A stretch of DNA of 32,000 nucleotides from contig NZ_CP184532.1 of NCBI RefSeq assembly GCF_048629425.1, forward strand, positions 413,398 to 445,397, in the 5' to 3' direction. Source of the stretch: Telmatobacter bradus (GTDB lineage Bacteria; Acidobacteriota; Terriglobia; Terriglobales; Acidobacteriaceae). Position 1 is the stretch's first letter. Each line of letters opens with the position of its first letter. Below the pieces are notes generated by a model. That model saw nothing but the letters and a program-made list of their open reading frames with translations, was not told the DNA's origin and searched no databases. Made by a program: the position numbers and the translations under genes. Positions 26,027-32,000 of the stretch are shown here, piece by piece.

Positions 26027-26341
26027 ATGCCACAGTTCGGGTCACCTTTTTCGGAATTGGCGAACGGTAGAAAACTCACGGACGAAGAACTGATCAGAGC
26101 GATTCGGTTTATGGTCGCCTCCGAGTATGAAGCAACTCAGATGTATATGCAGCTTGCAGAGTCAACTGAAAACAAACTCGCCGTGGCGGTGCTCAAGGAC
26201 ATAGCGGACGAGGAGCGTGTACACGCAGGAGAGTTCTTGAAGCTGCTGTACACCCTTGCTCCTGATGAAGAGGCACTCTATGCCAAGGGTGCTGGAGAAG
26301 TAGCTGAAATCGCAAAATCGCAACTTCAGCATACAAAGTAG
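26027..26341 (+). CDS. Small ferritin-like/rubrerythrin-like protein of the encapsulin-cargo (Flp/EncFtn-like) type
   Basis: LTDEELIRAIRFMVASEYEATQMYMQLAESTENKLAVAVLKDIADEERVHAGEFLKLLYTLAPDEE shows the ExxA..Y ... DIA.EE.VH.GEF pattern. An alternative start lies at 26003. Confidence 0.65.
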   Translation: MPQFGSPFSELANGRKLTDEELIRAIRFMVASEYEATQMYMQLAESTENKLAVAVLKDIADEERVHAGEFLKLLYTLAPDEEALYAKGAGEVAEIAKSQLQHTK

Positions 26342-26378
26342 GTAGGTGAGTTCCTCTTCAAGAGAAGTATGGTGGTCG

Positions 26379-26915
26379 TTAGGCCGCGTCATCCAGTTCT
26401 TCGCTCTCATCGATTGGCTCATCGTCGTCAACCTCTGCAAATCCAAGTTCTTCTTCCGACTCGTTTTGCAAAGTTGTGTCTGTGGCCACTGGTGACGGCA
26501 TATCGAAGAGGCTTGCAGGCTTCTGTTGTGCGGGCTTCGCTGGCTCGGCGGGCTTGGCGGTCGGAACGTATTGAGTGACTTCCGTATTCGGCGGCGCTGT
26601 CTTGGTCGGCGTCTTGGACTTAGCGCGCGCCTCGGCCTGGGCAGCCTTGGAAGCAGCATCCATCTCGGCCTTGACCTTCTCCAGGGTGTTCTTCATCTGA
26701 AGATGGGAGCCGACAAAGCTGATGATGGTCGTGGACAACTCGGCGTCCAGATCTTCGGCAGTGCCGGTCACGCTGAGCGGGGTGGTGAGAGCATCATTGT
26801 CGCCGTCTTTGAGCTTCTTCGGCACAATGTTCACCCGAATCTGATCTGCATCAACCAGCGTGACCGTGAGCAAAACCGCGCGGTCACGTAGAACTGGAAC
26901 AAGTTCTTTGAACAT
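26379..26915 (-). CDS. PRTRC system protein E
   Basis: MFKELVPVL...LLTVTLVDADQIRVNIVP...LTTPLSVTGTAEDLDAEL, then a Lys/Ala/Pro-rich linker and a strongly acidic tail. This matches my memory of the PRTRC_E family. The ATG at 26915 has GAGGAG upstream. Confidence 0.8.
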   Translation of the reverse strand: MFKELVPVLRDRAVLLTVTLVDADQIRVNIVPKKLKDGDNDALTTPLSVTGTAEDLDAELSTTIISFVGSHLQMKNTLEKVKAEMDAASKAAQAEARAKSKTPTKTAPPNTEVTQYVPTAKPAEPAKPAQQKPASLFDMPSPVATDTTLQNESEEELGFAEVDDDEPIDESEELDDAA

Positions 26916-26929
26916 GATTACTTCTCCTC

Positions 26930-27265
26930 TCATGGGTTCCGATATGTGGTTGGTAGTCGCTTTCTCGTGGGCTTCTTGAGTTCCGGTTCATCCCACAGCA
27001 TGGTGTACTGCTGCCCCAAGGCTATGTTTTCGACAAAAGCCGCCGCGTCGTTTTTGCGCTGCCACAAAAGCCGATAGAGCGTATTGACGGCCGATTTCAT
27101 CATGGCCTTCATCTCCTCGTCGGAGATGTGGGATACAGCAGGATTTCCACTGCAAACCGTGCACGGTTTCCCTGCGTGCAAAGCTTCAATGGGGCCGTTG
27201 CGAAAGGCCAGTGCAACCATCGCTTTTGCTTCGATCGCAAGAGCATGGTCGAGAGTCACTTCCAT
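26930..27265 (-). CDS. Unassigned 111-aa protein in the slot after ThiF (not recognisably PRTRC protein A/JAB)
   Basis: The ATG at 27265 has GGAGG upstream. It contains AFRNGPIEALHAGKPCTVCSGNPAVSHISDEEMKAMM. No HxH...S..D JAB motif is present. A 14-nt gap separates it from protein E. Confidence 0.6.
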   Translation of the reverse strand: MEVTLDHALAIEAKAMVALAFRNGPIEALHAGKPCTVCSGNPAVSHISDEEMKAMMKSAVNTLYRLLWQRKNDAAAFVENIALGQQYTMLWDEPELKKPTRKRLPTTYRNP

Positions 27266-27314
27266 GGAGAGCCTCCGATACTCTCCAACATACATCCTCC
27301 ACGGGAATGACGCA

Positions 27315-28136
27315 TCAATGCCTTTTGAATGATTTTTCCTCATGCCGGTAACGGCGCATCGTCTTCGACCAAAGCTTCGGATCAACGGGCAACGGACTTA
27401 TGAGTCCAGACTGCGCATTAAAGAAGCCGCCGTGGTGCGTTAGTTTTCCATAGCGAAAGAGACGCGCCAGCATGGCCAGTGCACTCGACGCCAAAGTCTG
27501 GTTGATAAATGGCTCTTGACGGTCCAGTGCCTCAACGGCAGAACAACTGGGCAGCGGATCTTCGCCAGCCTCAGCGTCGATGATCTCTGGATACAGTTCA
27601 CTGACTGTGCGCAACCGTGCGGCCTTCCTACGATTGCGCGCATTCAATGGCTGGCCGAGAACGAATTGGCCACTGGCCGCGTTGTTGCCGAGATCGAACC
27701 AATACGCAGTGCGGTTCCTGGCTTTGGTCAGTGCGCGCGCAATAATGCTTCGCGCCGCTCTGGTGTCCACGCATCCAATCAGTAGATCGATGGACCTGTC
27801 ATTGATCCGGTCGAAGGTGTGCTCGCCGAAGTAAGTCGGTTCGGCCCGCCACCGTGTTCCCCAAAATAGGTTGATGCGATTGACGAGGACAGTAGCTTTG
27901 TTCTGCCCGATGTCGGAGACCGAGAATGGTTGGCGCACACAGTTCGTCTCAGAGACGGTATCGGCATCCATCATGACCACTTCCAGCCCCGATGACCGGC
28001 CCCAGACCCGCATCGCCTGGTCGAGATAGGGCAGGCCCATCACGATGGCGCTGCCGGTCCCGCCCGCGCCGACAACCAGTACGCGCACCGGCTTTTGGCC
28101 CAACAGATCGCTTGGAATCGTGTGCTCGATGCGCAT
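27315..28136 (-). CDS. PRTRC-type ThiF-family E1-like adenylyltransferase
   Basis: VRVLVVGAGGTGSAIVMGL (a Rossmann P-loop-like motif) and MMDADTVSETNCVRQPF. The ATG at 28136 is 1 nt after the protein B stop. Confidence 0.85.
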   Translation of the reverse strand: MRIEHTIPSDLLGQKPVRVLVVGAGGTGSAIVMGLPYLDQAMRVWGRSSGLEVVMMDADTVSETNCVRQPFSVSDIGQNKATVLVNRINLFWGTRWRAEPTYFGEHTFDRINDRSIDLLIGCVDTRAARSIIARALTKARNRTAYWFDLGNNAASGQFVLGQPLNARNRRKAARLRTVSELYPEIIDAEAGEDPLPSCSAVEALDRQEPFINQTLASSALAMLARLFRYGKLTHHGGFFNAQSGLISPLPVDPKLWSKTMRRYRHEEKSFKRH

Positions 28137-28137
28137 A

Positions 28138-28845
28138 TCATCCTCTCTCTCCACGCACGAACTGCGTGAGCGTCTGCGGAAGGACAATGAGCGTTTCGAG
28201 TGGGAACTTCTGGTGCTTGCCAGTCAGACCATTCCATAGCCCATCAAATCCGCCCTCATGGCGTGTCAGGCGGCCTACATTGGCGTGTGTGAAGGCGCTC
28301 TCGTAGAAGCCGCGCTCCCAGGCTGGAATAGCGGCTACCGAGGCCGAGTCCGGGCGCCGCATCGTGCCTGTGCAGACGCGCCCGTCGTCCGAGAGATTCC
28401 AGAAGGGCGGGACGGCGAGTCTTGTTGAGCAATCTGGCCGCTTATTCTCAGTAAGCGCCCGAATGATGAGTTCTCCATTCGATACCTTCCACACTAGAGG
28501 AGGCTGCGAAAAGATGCGCCCGTTCAGCTCCGCCGCTTTGCCTTCGGAGTTCTCATAGAACATCTGGCGGCGCCGCGCAGGAACCCACCAGGCGATCATG
28601 CGGTCCGCCTTGGCAAGTACGTTGGCCGGCAGCACCTCGGCCTGCACGCTGCCGCTAAGGGATCGCGTCAGAGACTCGATGAATGCTACAGTGAGCGGTT
28701 GCGCCGGACCGAGCGTGGGCGGCGCATCCTTGCGTGCGGTCACGTCGTGGCGGGTGATGAAACTGCTTTGGCGGTCGCGATAAATCAGCAGCGCCTCATG
28801 CAGCTCGAAGCGATGGTTCTCCCCGATCGATAGATGTACCTGCAT
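28138..28845 (-). CDS. PRTRC system protein B (E2/UBC-fold-like, candidate catalytic Cys)
   Basis: VHLSIGENHRFELHEALLIY, WWVPARRRQMFY, LNGRIFSQPPLVWKV, IRAL...RP...T.L.V.PFWN...DGRVCTGTM and FY.S.FTHAN match my memory of PRTRC_B. Confidence 0.8.
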   Translation of the reverse strand: MQVHLSIGENHRFELHEALLIYRDRQSSFITRHDVTARKDAPPTLGPAQPLTVAFIESLTRSLSGSVQAEVLPANVLAKADRMIAWWVPARRRQMFYENSEGKAAELNGRIFSQPPLVWKVSNGELIIRALTENKRPDCSTRLAVPPFWNLSDDGRVCTGTMRRPDSASVAAIPAWERGFYESAFTHANVGRLTRHEGGFDGLWNGLTGKHQKFPLETLIVLPQTLTQFVRGERG

Positions 28846-29941
28846 CGCGCTTCTCCCATTCCAGGATTTCCTCGACCAATTCAAAGAGCGCGCAGTTAAG
28901 CGCAATAAAGCGATCCACGATCCGAATAGCATGACGAACCTGCTCCGGTTGGCGCGGCGAAAAGACAACGCACACGGTCGGCTCGGCGGTGCCTTCCATC
29001 ATGGACTGGCCCTCTTCGTCGAAGCAGGCGGTAATGGCATCATGCTCTTTGAAAGCGACAAGCAGCGCCGGCAACGGTGGATCGTCGTAGTAGCCGAGTT
29101 CGAGGTACTCCCGCGATTGCTTAAGTGAAAGCCGCGACAGGCACTGAATGCCCCGCAACCGCTCAAACCAAGAACTGAATTTGCCATTGCGAAACCTGCG
29201 CAAGAGATCGCGGTCCTGTGCTTTCCAATCCGGAGATTCGCGTTTCTGCGTTTTTCGGATGTACTCCGGCAGCGCCTTCTCCACTTCTGGAAATTCATAC
29301 TGCCCTTGGTTCTCTGCGTCGTCTTCGGCGGCATAGTCGCGCATCCGCTCTTCGTACATCAGCGCATTGTCGTGGTTGTAGATCCACATCACGCGATAAA
29401 GTGCGAAGGTCAGTGCCCAATAGAACGCCGCGCCCAGCCCCTCGGCCTCAGCTTCCAGCGCATCAAGCGCCGGACCAATCCTGAAGTACCCCGATCCGCC
29501 ACACTCGACGGTGACAACCAGTTGCCCGCTTTCGAGTTCCGCATCGCTTCCCGCGCGGCCTAGTTGATCGCTTACTTCAAGGTGATACTCGACATTGCGT
29601 TGCAGCAGATCGCGACGCTCAGGGCCAATCGCGCTCATCATGGCGTGCTGCGCAAATAGAAGCACGTTTCCGCCAGATTTCTTCCAGGTCTCCGTAGTTC
29701 CCAATCCCTCGCACACCAGCGCCGCGCATAGTTCATAGACCAGTTCAGCATTGACCTCATGGTTATACTCGGCGCGAACATCGGCGAGCAATGGCAATGC
29801 CTGTCCGAAGGCTGGTGCAAGCGTTGCTACCCCAGTGGCGGAAGCAGTTCCGGCGGTGTCGGGAGCCGATAACTTCCCGATGCCACATATTTCCTGATCG
29901 CTTCTGATACGGCTTGCGCGAGATCGCAGGATTCTTTGCAT
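28796..29941 (-). CDS. PRTRC system protein F (start uncertain)
   Basis: The body and C-terminus are protein-like (YWALTFALYRVMWIYNHDNALMYEERMRDYAAEDD...CFDEEGQSMMEGTAEPTVCVVF...RFIALNCALFELV). The 5' ~75 codons of the supplied 418-aa ORF are Arg-rich and look out of frame. Candidate starts are ATG 29941, TTG 29797 and TTG 29791. Confidence 0.65.
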   Translation of the reverse strand: MQRILRSRASRIRSDQEICGIGKLSAPDTAGTASATGVATLAPAFGQALPLLADVRAEYNHEVNAELVYELCAALVCEGLGTTETWKKSGGNVLLFAQHAMMSAIGPERRDLLQRNVEYHLEVSDQLGRAGSDAELESGQLVVTVECGGSGYFRIGPALDALEAEAEGLGAAFYWALTFALYRVMWIYNHDNALMYEERMRDYAAEDDAENQGQYEFPEVEKALPEYIRKTQKRESPDWKAQDRDLLRRFRNGKFSSWFERLRGIQCLSRLSLKQSREYLELGYYDDPPLPALLVAFKEHDAITACFDEEGQSMMEGTAEPTVCVVFSPRQPEQVRHAIRIVDRFIALNCALFELVEEILEWEKRDAGTSIDRGEPSLRAA

Positions 29942-30045
29942 TGAAGATGCCTCGCCAGTATGAGGTTTGCCTCTGGCGGCGGTTCTGCGGCCTTCTTGAG
30001 GAACGCCGCCACCAATTCTTCTTGCGACAATGCGGGCGTGGGCAC
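29827..30045 (-). CDS. Possible 72-aa ORF between PRTRC C and F
   Basis: The GTG at 30045 lies 3 nt after the protein C stop, with AAGGGG upstream. Its translation (SQEELVAAFLKKAAEPPPEANLILARHLQCKESCDLAQAVSEAIRKYV) looks far more protein-like than the overlapping F-frame translation. It is in the same reading frame as protein C. Confidence 0.45.
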   Translation of the reverse strand: MPTPALSQEELVAAFLKKAAEPPPEANLILARHLQCKESCDLAQAVSEAIRKYVASGSYRLPTPPELLPPLG

Positions 30046-30048
30046 GGT

Positions 30049-30261
30049 TCACCCCTTCGAGCCAATCGCTCGACTGAAGGTGTAACGCAGCGTGGTCCCG
30101 GTATCTTCCGGACCGGTGAGGGTTGCAGTCGCAATTTCAGGAAATTGTGGAGTGAGGAGGTCGCGAACCTGCTCGACGCTCATCTGCGGCGCCGGATCGG
30201 GAATGCGAATGCCGTTGTAGTGAAACTCACGCAACAGGACTTCTGCTTTGAGAGTAGCCAT
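30049..30261 (-). CDS. PRTRC system protein C (ubiquitin-like beta-grasp protein)
   Basis: 70 aa. ..LLREFHYNGIRIPDPAPQMSVEQVRDLLTPQFPEIATATLTGPEDTGTTLRYTFSRAIGSKG-stop matches my memory of the PRTRC_C pattern (..R.F.Y.G...PDP.P.MS.E.V......YPE......GP.....L.Y.F...(V/I)G(T/S)KG). A C-terminal Gly directly precedes the stop. Confidence 0.85.
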   Translation of the reverse strand: MATLKAEVLLREFHYNGIRIPDPAPQMSVEQVRDLLTPQFPEIATATLTGPEDTGTTLRYTFSRAIGSKG

Positions 30262-30309
30262 CGTGATTCTTCTCCTTGTTTGCAGGTTCAGGTTGAACCA
30301 AAGTTGTGA

Positions 30310-30837
30310 TCAAAAGAGACTGCCCTGTAGTGGCGTCCTCGTGATTGCGATTTCCTGCGTGGATGCTGGTGAAACCTGTCGTGCCAAGTCCTCATCTGGT
30401 GTTACGTGAACAACCGCTCGATACTTCGCTTCAAGCATCCTGAGCGTCTCGATTTCGCCGGAACGCACAGCCTCGGCAGCGCGGAGTTCATAGCGAGCAA
30501 GATAGTTGCGTTTGCGAATCTCCTGCTGAATCGCGCGCTCAACGTCGCAAAACATGTATTCTGGATCGCCCCAGCACGGCCATTGAAGCGAGTGACGAAG
30601 AAATTCAAGCCGGTCAGTATCGGATGCAAACCAAGTGTCATAGAACGTTGCCAAGTTGTAGTGCGCACTATTGCCAAAGCACATTGAAAGGCGGTTATAG
30701 AAGCTCTTGGAAAATGCTGTGCGCGCCCACTCTGATTCGATGAAGTGCAAGAAGGCGTTGCCAAAATCAGCTTTGTCCTGAGCCGATGAAAACTTCGTGG
30801 GCACAAACTCAGAGGGATGAAACGGTCCTTTCGGCAT
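30310..30837 (-). CDS. Hypothetical protein (175 aa), no family recognised
   Basis: GGAGA RBS, protein-like with several W/C/H residues (LQWPCWGDPEYMFCDVE). First gene downstream of the helicase and upstream of the PRTRC genes. Confidence 0.65.
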   Translation of the reverse strand: MPKGPFHPSEFVPTKFSSAQDKADFGNAFLHFIESEWARTAFSKSFYNRLSMCFGNSAHYNLATFYDTWFASDTDRLEFLRHSLQWPCWGDPEYMFCDVERAIQQEIRKRNYLARYELRAAEAVRSGEIETLRMLEAKYRAVVHVTPDEDLARQVSPASTQEIAITRTPLQGSLF

Positions 30838-30851
30838 GGAGAGTCTCCATG

Positions 30852-30889
30852 CAACAGAGAGGGCCAGCTTTCGCCGGCCCTCTCTGTTG
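30852..30889. other. 14-bp perfect hairpin between the helicase gene and the 175-aa ORF
   Basis: CAACAGAGAGGGCC (30852-30865) pairs with GGCCCTCTCTGTTG (30876-30889) across a 10-nt loop. There is no U-tract on the coding (minus) strand. Confidence 0.45.
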
Positions 30890-30998
30890 CCTTTGATTGC
30901 GCACCGGCTGACGCCGGTATCGCTGGAACGATTCTCCCATTGGATACGCTACCACCGTTCGCAGCCATTGGGAAGTCTTTTGATCCAGGGAGACAACC

Positions 30999-32000
30999 TC
31001 AGCCGAAGAGGCTGAGCTGCACGGCCTGCCCTGTGTCCGTGGACCAAGGCGAGGGCTTCTTGCGCACCTTCACGCCCGCTTGAGATTCAACAAGATGAAT
31101 GCCAGCGCGTTCGGATGCTGGACCTACCGGTTCGGTGACTGGCAAATCCAAGACAGGATTGTCGTCTTCCACTGCCTTCAACGCAGGCGGCTGTGGCAGC
31201 ACCCGCTCCCGTTCTCTTTCTAACTCGCGCCATGCGGCGTCTGCTGTTTCCCCAACTCCGGCCTTCTCGACCAACTCGCGCGCCATGGCGCTCATCAGGT
31301 CTTCGTCAGTGTCGAGTGATTGCAGACCTTCACCAGAGAACTTGCCCTCCATCATCAGCGCGACGAGCATTTTCTTGCCCATCAATCGGAGGCAGGTCTC
31401 TTGCATCGTGCCCGTATAAGTGACGAACTTCACGCGCACCGCGTGCCGCTGGCCAATGCGCCAGGAGCGGCGGCTCGCCTGACGCAACGTATGCAGCGAG
31501 TAGCCGGTCTCGTAGAAATAGAGTGTCGAAAAGGCTAACAGGTCGAGGCCAGTCTCCACCAGTTTCGGGTGGCAGATCACGACTTCAACTCCGCCTTTCA
31601 GTTGCCGCTCGTACCAATCTTCGCGCTTGTCTGTGGAAACCGAAGAGCGCAACACGGCAACCCGGAATCCTGCCTGCCTGAGCACAGACTCCAGCCGCAG
31701 CGTAACATCCTTCTCACCCGTGTAAGTCGCATAGACCTGGCAGCGCCGCCCCTGCCTGAGTTCCTCACGCACGTCGGCGATGAGCGCGCGTTCTTTCGCG
31801 TAGAGGCAGTCCTCCTTCAAGTTCTGAGGCGTCGTCACCAGGAACTTCACATACTCTTTGGTCTCCGGGTCAAAGGCCCGCGCCCAAATGTCTTCAAAGC
31901 CGTAAGGATGGTCGGGATAGAGCAGCAACGTATTGAGCAGTATGCTCATCAGGCTCTTGTTGCCGCGATGCGCTCGGATCGCAGCCCGGATGTCCTCTTC
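30999..32000 (-). CDS. SNF2/DEAD-like helicase, C-terminal part (gene continues beyond the window edge)
   Basis: Helicase C-terminal motifs VVICHPKLVETGLDL and LRQASRRSWRIGQ. The frame stays open through 32000 (EEDIRAAIRAHRGNKSL precedes the listed Met). Confidence 0.85.
   Translation of the reverse strand, partial: EEDIRAAIRAHRGNKSLMSILLNTLLLYPDHPYGFEDIWARAFDPETKEYVKFLVTTPQNLKEDCLYAKERALIADVREELRQGRRCQVYATYTGEKDVTLRLESVLRQAGFRVAVLRSSVSTDKREDWYERQLKGGVEVVICHPKLVETGLDLLAFSTLYFYETGYSLHTLRQASRRSWRIGQRHAVRVKFVTYTGTMQETCLRLMGKKMLVALMMEGKFSGEGLQSLDTDEDLMSAMARELVEKAGVGETADAAWRELERERERVLPQPPALKAVEDDNPVLDLPVTEPVGPASERAGIHLVESQAGVKVRKKPSPWSTDTGQAVQLSLFG

Noticed and set aside
1-32000. CRISPR arrays, tRNA/tmRNA/rRNA genes, integrons, and retron or DGR-like repeats.
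   Set aside because: I saw no regularly spaced short direct repeats, no tRNA T-arm/acceptor-like signatures in the intergenic regions, and no reverse transcriptase motifs. The only repeats seen are the IS termini, the TSDs and the E / small-ORF duplications described above. This is a by-eye scan only, so tRNAscan-SE, Infernal and a self dot-plot should be run to confirm.

Overview
The window is mosaic accessory DNA, roughly 58-60% GC by eye, and splits into two parts. No rRNA, tRNA or CRISPR array was recognised.

Part 1 (1-15.2 kb) looks like a decaying defence island hit by three different insertion sequences, each with intact target-site duplications (TSDs).
- A complete IS5-family element (63-1259, TSD TTAG) sits about 170 bp upstream of an intact two-gene SPARSA system (SIR2-APAZ plus short prokaryotic Argonaute, 1429-4580).
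- A membrane-anchored TPR protein ends in the segment that normally precedes a CHAT protease domain. It overlaps, out of frame, an S41/PDZ serine peptidase that has no start codon for its conserved N-terminus (4723-7571).
- An XRE-HTH / DUF6036-like nucleotidyltransferase pair (7785-9039) has a perfect palindrome at its start.
- A type I restriction hsdR relic is 5'-truncated and split by an IS21-family element (10661-13635, TSD GCTTA). That element carries a third, DUF4288-like passenger gene.
- An IS1595-family element lies at 14190-15227 (TSD TGATCGTA).

Part 2 (15.2-32 kb) is part of an ICE/plasmid-type mobile element.
- It encodes a Gp157-like protein, an RNase H and an MBL-fold hydrolase.
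- A translationally coupled MoxR-AAA / DUF3150-like / zincin-VWA operon follows.
- Two unrelated cargo blocks are separated by a recombination scar: a decayed second copy of the PRTRC-E 3' half fused to a second copy of the 20.5-kb intergenic region.
- A PRTRC-type ubiquitin-like cassette is present: E, ThiF/E1, B/E2-like, F and C/Ubl. I can find no JAB (protein A) or ParB member in the window, and there are two unassigned small ORFs.
- An SNF2-like helicase runs off the right edge.

The best candidates for under-described biology are the JAB-less PRTRC variant, the TPR/S41 junction next to SPARSA, and the IS21 passenger gene. All family assignments come from motif recognition by eye. No searches were run.
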